Below, piece after piece: positions 18,355 to 30,161 of a DNA stretch of 61,447 nt. The notes beneath the pieces were generated by a model. The model saw nothing but the letters and a program-made list of their open reading frames with translations, did not search any database and was not told the origin of the DNA. Location: NCBI GenBank assembly GCA_944327045.1, contig CALVGJ010000056.1, forward strand, positions 1 through 61,447, in the 5' to 3' direction. How positions within the stretch are numbered: position 1 is the stretch's first letter; each line of letters opens with the position of its first letter. The stretch comes from an uncultured Desulfovibrio sp. Lineage in GTDB: Bacteria; Desulfobacterota; Desulfovibrionia; Desulfovibrionales; Desulfovibrionaceae. Position numbers and translations under genes: made by a program.

Positions 18355-21300
18355 TCATGCGCGCCGGGACAGAACGGCCAGCCGGGCCGCCCGGGCCGAG
18401 CCGTAGCGCAGCCGCCACCAGCGACGCCGCAGACGCAGACGCAGCCTGTCCAGACAGAGGTAGACCACGGGTGTGGTGTAGAGCGTCAGCACCTGACTGA
18501 CCATGAGACCGCCCACGATGGTGATGCCCAGCGGCTGGCGAATCTCCGCCCCGTCGCCCTGCCCCAGCGCCAGCGGCACGGCCCCCAGAGCCGCGGCCAT
18601 GGTCGTCATCATGATGGGACGGAAACGCAGGCGGCAGGCCTCGTAAATGGCCTCCTGCGGCGGCAGTTTGCGGGTACGGGCGGCATCCAGCGCAAAGTCG
18701 ATCATCATGATGGCGTTTTTCTTGACGATACCGCAGAGCAGCAGCACACCGATGAGCGCAATGACGCTGAACTCCATGCCCACGGCCATGAGCGCCAGCA
18801 GGGCCCCGCCGCCTGCCGACGGCAGTGTGGAGAGGATGGTGATGGGGTGAATCAGGCTTTCATACAGCACGCCCAGCACGATGTAGAGCGCCACCAGCGC
18901 CGCGAAGATCAGCACAATCTGGTTGCGGATGGTCTCGTTGAAGAGCTTGGCCGTGCCCTGAAAGCTGCCCACGATGGTGGAGGGCATGCCGATGCTGACC
19001 CGCACGCGGTCAATGGCCTCCTGCGCCTGCGAAAGCGACGCCCCCTCGGCCAGATTGAAGGAGAGCGTCACGGCCGCAAACTGTCCCTGATGCGCCACCG
19101 AAAGCGGCGCAAAGCCCGGCCCCACTTCGGCCACACTCAAGAGCGGCACAAGCCCGCCGCTGCCCGGCAGGTAGACCTTTTGCAGCGCCTCCTGCCCTTC
19201 CAGCCAGTCGGGCATGAATTCCAGCACCACGCGGTACTGGTTCTTGTCCCGATAGATGGTGGACACCTGCCGCTGACCGAAGGCATTGTTCAGGGCGCTG
19301 TCCACGTCGTCCATGGTCAGGCCCAGCCGCGCCAGCGCGTCGCGATCCACGCTGAGCAGGGTTTGCAGGCCCCGCTCCTCGATGTCGCTGTCCACGTCCT
19401 TGAGGATGGGGATGGTCGCGAAGGCGTCCCTCAGCTTCCGTCCCCAGCTGCGCAGGGCATCTAGGTCGTCGGCCTGCAGGGTGTACTGATACTGGGCATT
19501 GGAGCTGCGGCCGCCCATGCGCAAATCCTGCGCGGGCTGGAGAAAAATCTGCATGCCCGGTTCGGACGCCAGCTTTCCCCGCAAACGGCCGATGACCTGC
19601 ATGGCGGAAATACCGCGCTCCTCCAGCGGCTTCAGGGCAATGAACACGCCTCCGCCCCCGCGTGAGCCGGACATGTGCCCGGAAACCTGCTCCACGGCCG
19701 GGTCTTCCTGAATGATCCGCATGAGGCGCGGCATCTTTTCCTGAAGACTCTGGAAGGAGGCGCTCTGGTCGGCCCGCATGCCGCCCATGATCACACCCGT
19801 GTCCTGCGTGGGGAAGAAGCCCTTGGGGACGACCATGTACAGCCAGACGTTGCCCGCCATGACCAGCAGGAGCGACAGCATGGTCAGGCGCGGATGCCGC
19901 AGCACCACGGCCAGACTGCGTTCGTAGCCGCGCTGCATGCCGCCCAGCAGACTGCCCCACCACGACCCAAGACAAGCGAACAGACGGGGGACGATGCCGC
20001 GCCGCGGCTCTCCCTGCCGTGGAGCCTCCTCATCGTAGGGCCGCAGATAACGGGCGCACATCATGGGCGTGGTGGTCAGGGAGACCACCATGGAAACGAG
20101 CACCGCCGTGGCCAGCACCACGGAGAACTCCCGGAACAGCCGCCCCACGATGCCGCCCATGAAGAGAATGGGAATGAAGACCGCCACCAGCGACAACGAT
20201 ATGGAAATGACCGTGAAGCCCACCTCCCGCGCGCCGCGCAGGGCGGCCCGGAGCGGCGTCTCCCCCAGCTCCATGCGGCGGACGATGTTCTCCAGCACCA
20301 CAATGGCGTCGTCCACCACAAAGCCCGTGGCCACGGTGAGCGCCATGAGCGAAAGATTGTCCAGCGTGTAGCCGCACAGATACATGACCCCGAAGGTGCC
20401 GATGAGCGATACCGGGGCCGCCACCGCCGGGATGGCCGTGGCCCGGCCGTTGCGCAAAAAGAGAAAGACCACCAGCACCACCAGCGCCACCGAGAGCAGC
20501 AGACTCTTCTCCACCTCGGCCAGCGAGGCGCGAATGGTGATGGAACGGTCCATGCGCACGGTCAAATCCGCGCTCTCCGGCAGCCAGGCGCGCAATTGCG
20601 GCAGCATGGACTTCACCCTGTCCACGGTTTCGATGATATTGGCCCCGGTGGAGCGGAAGACCATGAGCAGGATGGCCTGTCTGCCGTTGGACAGCGCCAT
20701 GTTGCGCACGTCCTGCGAACTCATCTCCACCGTGGCCACGTCGCCAAGGCGAATGACGGCGTCCCCCTTGCGGGCCACGATGAGCCGCCGGTAGTCGGCC
20801 ACGTCGGAGAGCTGATCCGCCGCATCCACCAGCCAGAACGCCTCGTCGCTCTCCACCATGCCCTTGGGCAGATAGGCATTGGCCCCGCTGATGGCCTGCC
20901 GCACGTCCTCGCTGCTGACGCCCGCCCGACTCAGGGCATCGGGAATGAGGCGCACGCGCACGGCGGGCAAGGCGCCGCCGCCCAGCGTCACCTCGCCCAC
21001 GCCGGGTATCTGGGCGATCTTCTGGGCCAGCACCGTGGAGGCCGCGTCATAGAGCTGGGAACTGGTCAGCACCTCCGAGGTCACGGAAAGGATCATGATG
21101 GGCGCGCCCGACGGATTGACCTTGCGGTAGGTGGGATTGGACGGCATGGTCGGCAGGGTCGAGCGCGCGGCATTGATGGCCGCCTGCACATCACGGGCCG
21201 CGCCGTTGACGTCCCGCTCCAGATCGAATTGCAGGATGACGCTGGTGGAGCCGAGGCTGCTGCTGGAAGTCATTTCCGTCACCCCGGCAATGCGTCCCAG

Positions 21301-21579
21301 CGCACGCTCCAGCGGCGTGGCCACGGTGGCGGCCATGGTTTCCGGGCTGGCGCCGGGCATGGAGGCCCGCACCACCACCACGGGCAAATCCACCTCCGGC
21401 AGCGGGGCCACGGGCAGCAGGCGAAAGGCGATGAGCCCCGCCAGCGCAATGGCCAGCGTCAGCAGCGTGGTGGCCACCGGCCGCCGGATAAAGGGCGCGG
21501 ACAGGTTGACCGGCAAAAAATCCGGGCCGAAGCGATGTCGCCGGGGCGCACCCTCGCTGTCGAAATCCTGCGGCGTCAT
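18355..21579 (-). CDS. mdtC: RND efflux permease, MdtC-like
   Basis: [48 protein letters not shown]. Confidence 0.88.
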   Translation of the reverse strand: MTPQDFDSEGAPRRHRFGPDFLPVNLSAPFIRRPVATTLLTLAIALAGLIAFRLLPVAPLPEVDLPVVVVRASMPGASPETMAATVATPLERALGRIAGVTEMTSSSSLGSTSVILQFDLERDVNGAARDVQAAINAARSTLPTMPSNPTYRKVNPSGAPIMILSVTSEVLTSSQLYDAASTVLAQKIAQIPGVGEVTLGGGALPAVRVRLIPDALSRAGVSSEDVRQAISGANAYLPKGMVESDEAFWLVDAADQLSDVADYRRLIVARKGDAVIRLGDVATVEMSSQDVRNMALSNGRQAILLMVFRSTGANIIETVDRVKSMLPQLRAWLPESADLTVRMDRSITIRASLAEVEKSLLLSVALVVLVVFLFLRNGRATAIPAVAAPVSLIGTFGVMYLCGYTLDNLSLMALTVATGFVVDDAIVVLENIVRRMELGETPLRAALRGAREVGFTVISISLSLVAVFIPILFMGGIVGRLFREFSVVLATAVLVSMVVSLTTTPMMCARYLRPYDEEAPRQGEPRRGIVPRLFACLGSWWGSLLGGMQRGYERSLAVVLRHPRLTMLSLLLVMAGNVWLYMVVPKGFFPTQDTGVIMGGMRADQSASFQSLQEKMPRLMRIIQEDPAVEQVSGHMSGSRGGGGVFIALKPLEERGISAMQVIGRLRGKLASEPGMQIFLQPAQDLRMGGRSSNAQYQYTLQADDLDALRSWGRKLRDAFATIPILKDVDSDIEERGLQTLLSVDRDALARLGLTMDDVDSALNNAFGQRQVSTIYRDKNQYRVVLEFMPDWLEGQEALQKVYLPGSGGLVPLLSVAEVGPGFAPLSVAHQGQFAAVTLSFNLAEGASLSQAQEAIDRVRVSIGMPSTIVGSFQGTAKLFNETIRNQIVLIFAALVALYIVLGVLYESLIHPITILSTLPSAGGGALLALMAVGMEFSVIALIGVLLLCGIVKKNAIMMIDFALDAARTRKLPPQEAIYEACRLRFRPIMMTTMAAALGAVPLALGQGDGAEIRQPLGITIVGGLMVSQVLTLYTTPVVYLCLDRLRLRLRRRWWRLRYGSARAARLAVLSRRA

Positions 21580-24500
21580 GCCCGCTCCTCCGCGTCCCGT
21601 CCCTCGGCTATCATGGCGGAGCGGCGACGCCTGAAGCTGATGGCCAGCCGGTCAAACCAGAGATAGATGACCGGCGTGGTGAAGAGGGTCAGCACCTGAC
21701 TGAAGATGAGGCCGCCCACCATGGTCACCCCCAGAGGCCGCCGCAGTTCCGCGCCCATGCCCCAGCCGATCATGAGCGGCAGCGCGCCCAGCAGGGCCGC
21801 CATGGTGGTCATGAGGATGGGCCGCAGACGCAGCAGGCAGGCCTGCCGGATGGCCTCCTCCGGACTCTTGCCCTCGTTGCGTTCGGCGTCGAGGGCGAAA
21901 TCGATCATCATGATGGCGTTTTTCTTGACGATACCGATAAGCAGAATGATGCCGATGATGCCCACCACGCCGAGCTCCATGCCGCCCAGCATGAGCGCCA
22001 GCAGCGCTCCCACGCCGGCCGAAGGCAGGGTGGACAGGATGGTGACCGGGTGCACATAGCTTTCGTAGAGCACGCCCAGCACGATGTACATGGTGATGAT
22101 GGCCGCCAGCACCAGCCAGACCTGATTGGTGGTGGAAGACTGGAAGGCCAGTGCCGCCCCCTGGAACTGACAGCGCAGGGAGACGGGCAGGCCCAGCTCC
22201 CGTTCGGCGTCCAGCACGGCGTTCACCGCCGCGCTCAGGGACGATCCCTCGGCCACGTTGAAGGAAATGGTGGCCACGGGAAACTGCCCCTGCCGAGCGA
22301 TGGAAAGGCGGGCGGCGCGCTCCTCCATCCTGATCAGCGAACTCAGCGGCACAGGCTGTCCGTCCTCGCTCTTCACATAGATGTTTTCCAGCGCCCCCGG
22401 CCCGTTGCGGAAGCGGGGGGCCGTCTCCAGCACCACCTTGTACTGATTGGTCTGGGTGAAAATGGTGGAGATGAGCCGCTGCCCCAGCGCATCGTACAGC
22501 GCATTGTCGATGTCGCTCATGGTGATCCCGTAACGCCCCGCGCTGTCCCGGTCGATATCCAGCCAGAGCACGCGCCCGTAGCCCTGCAGATCGCTGGTCA
22601 CATGGTCGAGTTCCGGCAGCCTGGCCAGCGCGTCCACAATTTTCGGCGTCCACTCCTGAAGCTGCTCGCGATCCAGCGCCTCCACCGTGAACTGGTACTG
22701 GGTACGGGACACCCTGTCCTCGATGGTCAGGTCCTGTACGGGCTGCATGTAAAGCTTCAGGCCCGGCTGGGCGTCGGCCCGCGCCATGATGCGCCGGGCG
22801 ATCTCCGGAGCGCGGGCGTCACGGTCGGCCAGCGGCTTGAGGTTCACCGTCAGCCGGGACGTCCCCAGACTGGGATTGACCCCGTCCACCCCCACCAGAA
22901 AGACCACGCTGTCCACGGCCGGATCGGCCAGAATCAGGTCGGAAAGCTCCTTCTGGCGGCGGGTCATGGCCGCAAAGGACGAATCCTGCGGCGCTTCGGC
23001 TATTCCCTGAATGACGCCCGTGTCCTGCGTGGGAAAGAAGCCCTTGGGCACCACGATATAGAGAAAGACCGTCAACACCAGCGTGCCCAGCGCCACCAGC
23101 AGGGTCAGGCCCTGATGCGCCAGCACCCAGTCCAGCTTCTGGGCGTACCAGCGCAAGAGCCGGGCGAAGAAGCCGCTCTCCGTCTGCTGCTTTTCGTGCC
23201 GCATGGCCTGGGGATGCAGCATGGTGGCGCAGAGCATGGGCGTGAGACTCAGGGAAATGCCCGCGGAAATGAGGATGGTCACGGCCAGCGTGACCGCGAA
23301 TTCCCGGAACAGCCGCCCGGCCACATCGCCCATGAAAAGCAGCGGGATGAGCACCGCCACCAGCGAAAGCGTCAGGGAAATGATGGTGAAGCCGATCTGC
23401 CCCGCGCCGCGCAGAGCGGCCGGAACGGGCTTCATGCCCATTTCCAGATAACGGGAAATGTTTTCGATGACCACAATGGCGTCGTCCACCACAAAGCCCG
23501 TGGCAATGACCAGCGCCATGAGCGTCAGGTTGTTGAGGGAGTAGCCCGCCAGATACATGACCCCCAGCGAGCCTACCAGCGAGAGCGGCACGGCCAGCGC
23601 CGGGATGATCGTGGCCGAGGCATTGCGCAGGAAGAGCCAGATGACCCAGATGACCAGCGCAATGGAGAGCAGCAGCTCCAGCTGCACGTCATGCACCGTG
23701 GCGCGGATCGTGGTGGTGCGGTCGGTCACCACACGCACCTCCACATTGCCGGGCAGGGTCTTCTGCAATTCCGGCAGCAGCTCGATTACGCTGTCCGCCA
23801 CCTTGATGACGTTGGCTCCGGGCTGCCGCTGCACCGACAGCACGATGGCCTGCCGGAAGGCCTCGCCGTCGCCCGCGGCATAGGCCGAGAGCCGGGCGTT
23901 TTCCGCGCCTTCCACCACGTCGGCAACGTCCTTGAGACGCAGGGGCGCGCCGTCCTTGTAGCCGATGATGGTTTGCGCGTATTCCGCCGCCGAGGCAAGC
24001 TGGTCGTTGGCGTCGATGGTGCTGGCGCGTTCCGGCCCGTCAAAGCTGCCCTTGGCGCCGTTGACGTTGGCCGAACTGATGGCCGAACGGATGTCGGCCA
24101 GCGTCAGCCCCGCCGCAGCCAGCGCCTTGGGATTGACCTGTACCCGCACCGCTGGCCGCTCGCCGCCGGAGAGCGTCACCAGCCCCACGCCGGAAACCTG
24201 GGAAATCTTCTGCGCCAGCCGGGTATCCACCAAATCTTCCAGGCGGGTCATGGGCATGGCGTCGCTCATGACCGCCAGAGTGATGATGGCCGGATCCGCC
24301 GGGTTGACCTTGTTGTAGATCGGCGGATTGGGCAGGTCCGAGGGCAGCAGGTTGTCCGCCGAGTTGATGGCCGCCTGCACCTCCTGCTCCGCCACGTCCA
24401 GCGGCACGGAAAGATCAAACTGCAGCGTGATGACCGAGGACCCCGCCGAGGAGAGGGACGTCATCTGCACAAGGCCCGACATGCTGCCGAACTGCCGCTC

Positions 24501-24701
24501 CAGCGGCGCGGTCACCACGGCGGAGGTGACCTCCGGCGAGGCCCCGGGGTAGAGGGTCTGCACCTGAATGGTGGGATAGTCGATCTGCGGCAGGGCCGAA
24601 ATGGGCAGATAGCTGTAGGCCAGCAGGCCCGACAGCAGAAGCGCCGCCATGAGCAGCGAGGTCGCTATGGGCCGGAGAATGAAGATACGGGAAAGATTCA
24701 T
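21576..24701 (-). CDS. mdtB: RND efflux permease, MdtB-like
   Basis: [44 protein letters not shown]. Confidence 0.9.
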   Translation of the reverse strand: MNLSRIFILRPIATSLLMAALLLSGLLAYSYLPISALPQIDYPTIQVQTLYPGASPEVTSAVVTAPLERQFGSMSGLVQMTSLSSAGSSVITLQFDLSVPLDVAEQEVQAAINSADNLLPSDLPNPPIYNKVNPADPAIITLAVMSDAMPMTRLEDLVDTRLAQKISQVSGVGLVTLSGGERPAVRVQVNPKALAAAGLTLADIRSAISSANVNGAKGSFDGPERASTIDANDQLASAAEYAQTIIGYKDGAPLRLKDVADVVEGAENARLSAYAAGDGEAFRQAIVLSVQRQPGANVIKVADSVIELLPELQKTLPGNVEVRVVTDRTTTIRATVHDVQLELLLSIALVIWVIWLFLRNASATIIPALAVPLSLVGSLGVMYLAGYSLNNLTLMALVIATGFVVDDAIVVIENISRYLEMGMKPVPAALRGAGQIGFTIISLTLSLVAVLIPLLFMGDVAGRLFREFAVTLAVTILISAGISLSLTPMLCATMLHPQAMRHEKQQTESGFFARLLRWYAQKLDWVLAHQGLTLLVALGTLVLTVFLYIVVPKGFFPTQDTGVIQGIAEAPQDSSFAAMTRRQKELSDLILADPAVDSVVFLVGVDGVNPSLGTSRLTVNLKPLADRDARAPEIARRIMARADAQPGLKLYMQPVQDLTIEDRVSRTQYQFTVEALDREQLQEWTPKIVDALARLPELDHVTSDLQGYGRVLWLDIDRDSAGRYGITMSDIDNALYDALGQRLISTIFTQTNQYKVVLETAPRFRNGPGALENIYVKSEDGQPVPLSSLIRMEERAARLSIARQGQFPVATISFNVAEGSSLSAAVNAVLDAERELGLPVSLRCQFQGAALAFQSSTTNQVWLVLAAIITMYIVLGVLYESYVHPVTILSTLPSAGVGALLALMLGGMELGVVGIIGIILLIGIVKKNAIMMIDFALDAERNEGKSPEEAIRQACLLRLRPILMTTMAALLGALPLMIGWGMGAELRRPLGVTMVGGLIFSQVLTLFTTPVIYLWFDRLAISFRRRRSAMIAEGRDAEERA

Positions 24702-24853
24702 GGCAGATCACGGGGTTCGGGTCGGCGACGTCCCGTCCGGAAAAAGAAGGCTTGCCCTTGCGGCACGTCATCCGAAACGACGGATGCGCCGGACGGCGGA
24801 CAGGAAACGGCAACAGGGAGAGCGGGCCGCGAGCCGAAAAGGCGGCGGGGAGG

Positions 24854-26023
24854 TCATTGCACCGCTTCGGCGCGGGGAGTCTCCATGCGGGCGGCCACAT
24901 TGACGGTGATGCCGTCGCGCAAACGATCCAGCCCGTCCACCACAACCACCTCTCCGGCCTCAAGTCCCTTGTCGATGACCGCAAGCTGGTTGGTGCTTAC
25001 TCCCGGGGTCACGTCGCGCACGCGGGCCACGTTATCCGCGTCCACCACATAGACGTAGGAACCGCGGCTGCCCAGCTGCACGGCCGCGGCGGGCACGGTG
25101 ACGGCATTCTTGATCAGCTTGACCATGACCCGGGCATTGACGAACTGCTGCGCATACAACAGACCGCCGTCATTGGGGAAAAGGGCCTTGAGCCTGACCG
25201 TGCCGGTGGTGGAATCGATCTGATTGTCCATGGACAGCAGCTCGCCCACGGCGATGAGTCCCTTCTGTTCCCTGTCCCAGGCCTGCACCGGAGGCCGTGC
25301 CGCCTTCCCCTTGCGCGCCGCGCGCAGGGCCTCGCGCACCAGCGGCACGCGATTTTCCGGCAGGGTGAACAGCACATGGCAGGGCCGCGTCTCGGTAATG
25401 CGGACAATGCCCTCGCTGTCCGAACTCTTGATCATGTTGCCCTCGTCCACCTTTTTCAGGCCGAGGATGCCGCCCACGGGCGCGGTGATGCGGCTGTAGG
25501 TCAATTGCAGGGCCGCGGCTTCCACGGCGGCCTTGTCCGCCGCCACCACGCCCTCGTACTGCCGCACCAGCGCACGCTGGGTTTCGTACTGCTGGGCCGA
25601 GACGTAATCGTTTTTCACCAGCTTGGCGTAGCGTTCCAGGTCACTGCGCGCATTGGCGAGCTGGGCCTGATCGCGCAGCAGGTTGCCCTTGGCCTGCGCC
25701 AGCTCGGCCTCGAAGGGACGGGGATCGATCTCGGCCAGCAGGTCGCCCGCGGCCACGCGACGCCCCTCCGTGAAGTGCAGCTTGACGAGCTGCCCGTCCA
25801 CCCGGCTGGTGACCAGCACGTCACTGGACGGCTCCACCGTGCCGAGACCGTTGAGAAAATAGGGCATGTCCTGCGCCAGCGCCGTGGCCACGCGCACGGG
25901 CGGCGCATCGGCGGCCATGCGGGGGCCGCCCGGCCCGGAGGCGAAGAAGAGACGATAGGCCGCCAGCAGGACGGCACAAATGAGGACAAGGCGAATCAGT
26001 CTGCCCCGTGCGGGAAGTTTCAT
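24854..26023 (-). CDS. mdtA: RND periplasmic adaptor (membrane fusion protein), MdtA-like
   Basis: VTSRVDGQL..FTEG, LAEIDPRPF, DNQIDSTTGTVRLKA, VVDGLDRLRDG. Confidence 0.88.
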   Translation of the reverse strand: MKLPARGRLIRLVLICAVLLAAYRLFFASGPGGPRMAADAPPVRVATALAQDMPYFLNGLGTVEPSSDVLVTSRVDGQLVKLHFTEGRRVAAGDLLAEIDPRPFEAELAQAKGNLLRDQAQLANARSDLERYAKLVKNDYVSAQQYETQRALVRQYEGVVAADKAAVEAAALQLTYSRITAPVGGILGLKKVDEGNMIKSSDSEGIVRITETRPCHVLFTLPENRVPLVREALRAARKGKAARPPVQAWDREQKGLIAVGELLSMDNQIDSTTGTVRLKALFPNDGGLLYAQQFVNARVMVKLIKNAVTVPAAAVQLGSRGSYVYVVDADNVARVRDVTPGVSTNQLAVIDKGLEAGEVVVVDGLDRLRDGITVNVAARMETPRAEAVQ

Positions 26024-27321
26024 ACGGCGTGCTCCGGCTGCCCACTGGGAAAGCTCACCGTAAAGACGGCTTCCCTGTCGGCGACGTTTTCCTGTCGGAT
26101 AATCCAGCCCATCTGCTCGCAGGCGCGCAACGCCAGCGACAGACCCAGCCCGCTCCCCACGGGTGTCGGCGCACCGATGGGATGCGGTGCGCGGACGCCT
26201 CTTGCGAAGACGTCCAGATGTTCCGGGATATGGCCCTTGTTGCGTATGCAGAAGCGGCCATCCTCCACACTCACCAGAACCTTTCCATCTTCGGCGTATT
26301 TTCGTGCGTTGTCCAGCAAATTCTTGAAGATGATACGCGCAAGTCCCTCATCGCCCACCGTCATGACCGACGCGGCGCCTTCCTGCCGGACGTTCTCGTC
26401 CCCGCCGCGAAGCTCGCGCACCAGCGCCGCCACATCGAGGCTTTCGGGCACGATGTCTTCCGGGCGGCGGGCCAGCAGCAGCAGGCTGCGCACCATGTCG
26501 CTCATGTTCAGCACTGTGCGCTGCAGGCGTTGCAGCACCGGCGTCAGCGCCTCGCCGCCCTCCAGCGCGGCAAGACGCAGTTCCAGCACCTCAAGCCCGC
26601 CCTGCAGGACGGTGAGCGGCGTGCGCAGCTCATGGCTCACGTCGCCGGTAAAGAAGCTTTCGCGCTGCATGTAGCGCACAAGGTCCCGCTCGCGGGCGGC
26701 AATGGCGCGGGCCAGCACACCCACCTCGTCATTGAGGGCCTCCTGCGGCAGGACGGGCAGACTGCCGGGCTGCTCGCCGCGTTCCACGGCATGCGTGAGC
26801 TCCGTCAGCGAGCCGGAAAGCCGGCGGGAAAGCACAATGCCCAGCAGGGAGGCCGCCACAAGGCCCACCCCCACGCACAGCAGAAAAATGCGGATGGTCT
26901 CGGCCCGCAGGGAACGAAAAGCGCCCGTGCTGCCGCTGAGGGAATAGCGCAGATTGTCCCGTGTGGCCAGCAGGACGAAACCGGCCCCGTTATCCAGCAG
27001 GTGCAGGCCGTCCGCCAGCGCCTGCCAGTCCGGCGGCACCTGCTTGCCCACCAGAAAATCGAGGTCCATGCCCTCGGCAAGGTCCGAGCCCCAGTAGAGC
27101 ACACGCCGCCCGTGATCCTCGGCATAAAAGGCGCGTTCCTCGGCCTCCATGAGCAGGCGCAGAACCGGTCGGGCATTGACCTCCAGCAGATGGCGGCCCA
27201 GCCGTTCGTAGGCGACGAGCCCCGCCCCGATCATCACGCTGCCCATGCCCACGGTCAGCAGGATGAAGGACAGGAGCAGCCGCCGCCGTATGCCGAACCG
27301 GCGCGGCGAGGAAGCCGTCAC
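26020..27321 (-). CDS. HAMP sensor histidine kinase, ColS-like
   Basis: Two TM helices, HAMP (DEVGVLARA), H-box FTGDVSHELRTPL, NLLDNARKY, GSGLGLSL. Confidence 0.85.
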   Translation of the reverse strand: MTASSPRRFGIRRRLLLSFILLTVGMGSVMIGAGLVAYERLGRHLLEVNARPVLRLLMEAEERAFYAEDHGRRVLYWGSDLAEGMDLDFLVGKQVPPDWQALADGLHLLDNGAGFVLLATRDNLRYSLSGSTGAFRSLRAETIRIFLLCVGVGLVAASLLGIVLSRRLSGSLTELTHAVERGEQPGSLPVLPQEALNDEVGVLARAIAARERDLVRYMQRESFFTGDVSHELRTPLTVLQGGLEVLELRLAALEGGEALTPVLQRLQRTVLNMSDMVRSLLLLARRPEDIVPESLDVAALVRELRGGDENVRQEGAASVMTVGDEGLARIIFKNLLDNARKYAEDGKVLVSVEDGRFCIRNKGHIPEHLDVFARGVRAPHPIGAPTPVGSGLGLSLALRACEQMGWIIRQENVADREAVFTVSFPSGQPEHAV

Positions 27322-28028
27322 GCATCCTCCCCGCCGTCGGCCAGCCGGTAGCCCACATGGGAAACCGTCCGGAGCAGGGGAACGGCAAAGGGCTTGTCCA
27401 GCACCTGCCGGAGTTCGTGAATATGAGTACGCAGGGCGCTGCCGCCGGGCGGATCATCTCCCCAGAGCGCCTGCTCCAGTTCCTCGCGGGGCAGGAGCGC
27501 CGGGGCTACCCGCATGAGCTCGCAGAGAATGCGGAAGCCGGTAGGGCTGACCCGCAGTTCGCGCCCCTGCCGGGTGACGCGATGCCCTGCCACATCCAGC
27601 ACCACGTCCGCGTAGCGCAGTTCGCCGCTTCCGCCGCCGCTGCCCGCACCCCGCATGCCGCGTCCGCGTGCCCGGATGAGCGCCCGGATGCGGGCTTCCA
27701 GCTCCTTGAGCGCAAAGGGTTTGATCAGATAGTCGTCCGCGCCGGATTCCAGCCCCAGCACCCGGTCTGGCACGGTATCCCGGGCCGTCAGCATGATAAT
27801 GGGCGTGCGGTAGTCATGCTTTTCGCGCAGGGTGCGGCACAGGGTAATGCCGTCCATGCCGGGCAGCATCACGTCCAGCACCAGACAGTCGAAGCGTCCG
27901 GCAATGGCCTGTTCAAGTCCGGCCCGTCCGTTGCGGGCGCAGTCCAGCTCATAGCCCAGGGGCTCAAAGAAGGCATAGAGCATGGCAAGAATATCTTCAT
28001 TGTCTTCCACCAGAAGCAGTGCAGGCAT
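27318..28028 (-). CDS. OmpR-family response regulator, ColR-like
   Basis: LLVEDNEDIL, LDVMLPGMDG, GADDYLIKPF, LWGDDPP..LRTHIHELRQVLDKPF..LLRTVSHVGYRL. Confidence 0.88.
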   Translation of the reverse strand: MPALLLVEDNEDILAMLYAFFEPLGYELDCARNGRAGLEQAIAGRFDCLVLDVMLPGMDGITLCRTLREKHDYRTPIIMLTARDTVPDRVLGLESGADDYLIKPFALKELEARIRALIRARGRGMRGAGSGGGSGELRYADVVLDVAGHRVTRQGRELRVSPTGFRILCELMRVAPALLPREELEQALWGDDPPGGSALRTHIHELRQVLDKPFAVPLLRTVSHVGYRLADGGEDA

Positions 28029-28178
28029 GCGGGCCTCCCGCGGCATGAGCGCGCCCCTTCCCGCAGCGGAAAGGCGGCAGCGGCACAGCCCTCTTACGGC
28101 GTAGGAAACATGTTTTGCCGGATGTCCCGTGTCCGCCCACACACCGACGGACACGGCCTCCGGCAGCAGGAAAGGGGG

Positions 28179-28589
28179 TTACGGCGTGGCGGCAGGTTCA
28201 GTTCCCTCCGGGGTCGGGGGAGTATCGTCCAGAATGGCCAGTCCTTCCACATCCACCTCGTTGGGACGCTTGGAACTCCATTCCACCTGCCCCACAATGC
28301 GGATGCGGGTCTGCGGCGTCACCGTCAGATGCCCAAAGGTCTCGTCCTCTATTTCCACCACCACACTGCCGCTCTCGTCCCGAAAGACGTAGCGATCCTT
28401 GCGCTGGGGCAGTTTTTCCACAAGATGACCTTCAAGGATGCACGGCACGTCGTCATAGGCGTCAGCCACGTCGGCCGCCCGGGTCACCACGCCTGCGGCC
28501 GAGCCAGCGCCCGGCCCCTCAAATCCCGCGGCCATGACGGATGTCACCCCGCCGAGGCAGAGAAAAAGCAGCAAGATGGCGATTCGCAT
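28179..28589 (-). CDS. YgiW/YdeI-family periplasmic OB-fold protein (copy 4, most divergent)
   Basis: Signal peptide, GFEGP, DD.PC.LEGHL, YVFRDESGSVVVEIED. Confidence 0.82.
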   Translation of the reverse strand: MRIAILLLFLCLGGVTSVMAAGFEGPGAGSAAGVVTRAADVADAYDDVPCILEGHLVEKLPQRKDRYVFRDESGSVVVEIEDETFGHLTVTPQTRIRIVGQVEWSSKRPNEVDVEGLAILDDTPPTPEGTEPAATP

Positions 28590-28808
28590 GGGGGCTCCTG
28601 TAAAAAGCTGGAAAGGCCTTCGGCGTCTCGCGGCGAGCACCGAAAAGCGCATCATCCCGTCTCATCTTCCCGCGCACCGCCCGTTTCGGCAAGGGCGGCC
28701 ACGGCTCCCCCCGGTGCACCCCTCCTCCGGGAACAGCCGCCGACCGTCACATGCCGGACAGCCGGCGGCGGGGGGAAGCGGCAGGCCGGGCCTGCCGCCG
28801 TCAGGAGG

Positions 28809-29201
28809 TCACTTGAGAATTTCCAGCACCTTCACGTCCACCTTGGCCGGTTCCATCATGCCGTCCTTGTCCATCTTGCCGGACAGGCGCACCTTGGTGT
28901 CCGGGGTGACCGTGCGTCCGGCAAAGACGCCGAAGTCGATTTCCACAATGATTTCCCCGGTGGCATCCTTGAAAAGATACTTGTCGTCGCTGCCCGCATA
29001 GCGCTGCAGGATGTTCCCGGTCAGGATGACCGGCGCATCATCCCAGCACTGGAGCGCCTTGGCCACGGTATCGGCCTGAATGCCCGCCGTCGGCCCCTGA
29101 AAGCCGCCGCCCTGACCGGCCCCCGGCCCCTGAAAGCCCGGCTGGGCGAACACGGGAGCGGCCAGCGCCAGTACCAGCAAGGAAGAAAGCAGAAATTTCA
29201 T
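28809..29201 (-). CDS. YgiW/YdeI-family periplasmic OB-fold protein (copy 3)
   Basis: Signal peptide, GFQGP x2, DDKYLFKDATGEIIVEID. Confidence 0.85.
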   Translation of the reverse strand: MKFLLSSLLVLALAAPVFAQPGFQGPGAGQGGGFQGPTAGIQADTVAKALQCWDDAPVILTGNILQRYAGSDDKYLFKDATGEIIVEIDFGVFAGRTVTPDTKVRLSGKMDKDGMMEPAKVDVKVLEILK

Positions 29202-29237
29202 GACAAACTCCTTTTTGTTCCGGTATGTTCCGGATAC

Positions 29238-29663
29238 CTACTTTATGACTTCCAGAAACTTGACGTCAATCTTGGTGGCCTCGAACATTTCCTTGTCCAC
29301 CTCGCCGGCAATACGCACGGTGTTGGCGGGCGTCACGGTCTTGCCCCAAAAAAGCTCGTGGTCAATATCCACAATAATCTGTCCGGTCGCGTCGCGGAAC
29401 ATGTATTTGTCGTCGCTGCCGGCCAGTCGTTCCACGATATTGCCGGTAAGCATCACAGGCGATTCGTCCCAGGCCTTGAGCGCCTTGGCCACGGTATCGT
29501 TCTCCGTTCCGCCGGTGGGCCCCTGAAAGCCGCCGTAGGAGGCTGACGGGCCCTGATAGCCCGGTACGCCTGTCGGTTCCGGGGCCGCCGCGCCATCCGG
29601 TTGCGCGGCAAGGGCGGGAGCGCTCAACGACAGTGCCAGCAGGAGAATGGGGAAAATTTTCAT
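29238..29663 (-). CDS. YgiW/YdeI-family periplasmic OB-fold protein (copy 2)
   Basis: Signal peptide, GYQGP/GFQGP, DDKYMFRDATGQIIVDID. Confidence 0.85.
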   Translation of the reverse strand: MKIFPILLLALSLSAPALAAQPDGAAAPEPTGVPGYQGPSASYGGFQGPTGGTENDTVAKALKAWDESPVMLTGNIVERLAGSDDKYMFRDATGQIIVDIDHELFWGKTVTPANTVRIAGEVDKEMFEATKIDVKFLEVIK

Positions 29664-29693
29664 ACAGGCCACCTCTTTCACATGGTTGAAATC

Positions 29694-30077
29694 CTACTTC
29701 AAAACTTCCAGAAACTTGACGTCAATCTTGGTGGGATCGAACATATCCTTGTCCACGTCGCCGGAAATGCGCACGGTATTGGCGGGCGTCACGGTCTTGC
29801 CCCAGAAAAGCTCATGGTCGATGTCCACGACGATCTGGCCGGTGCTGTCCCGGAATACGTACTTGTCGTCGCTGCCGGCCATGCGCTGTATGATGTTGCC
29901 GGTGAGCACCACGGGGGAGTCGTCCCAGGCCTTGAGCGCCTTGGCCACGGTGGTGATCCCTACCGAGGAGGTCGGCCCCTGAAAGCCGCCATAGCCGCTG
30001 CTCGGCCCATTGTAAGCGGCAAGGGCGGGAGTGGAAAGACCAAGGACAAGAGCAAGAGCGGGAAGAAAACGACGCAT
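29694..30077 (-). CDS. YgiW/YdeI-family periplasmic OB-fold protein (copy 1)
   Basis: GGAGG RBS, signal peptide, GGFQGP, DDKYVFRDSTGQIVVDID. Confidence 0.85.
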   Translation of the reverse strand: MRRFLPALALVLGLSTPALAAYNGPSSGYGGFQGPTSSVGITTVAKALKAWDDSPVVLTGNIIQRMAGSDDKYVFRDSTGQIVVDIDHELFWGKTVTPANTVRISGDVDKDMFDPTKIDVKFLEVLK

Positions 30078-30128
30078 GGTAAGCCTCCATAGGGTATTGT
30101 GGCGGTATTGCCTTGTGTTCATGGAGGC

Positions 30129-30161
30129 AAGCTAGCGCAGCCGCCGTCAGCAAGGCGTCAG
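30129..30161 (-). promoter_or_regulatory. Candidate OmpR-family binding site (CTGACG direct repeat, 11 bp period) with a -10-like TAGCTT
   Basis: Minus strand CTGACG-N5-CTGACG-N10-TAGCTT upstream of the OB-fold cluster. Confidence 0.4.
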
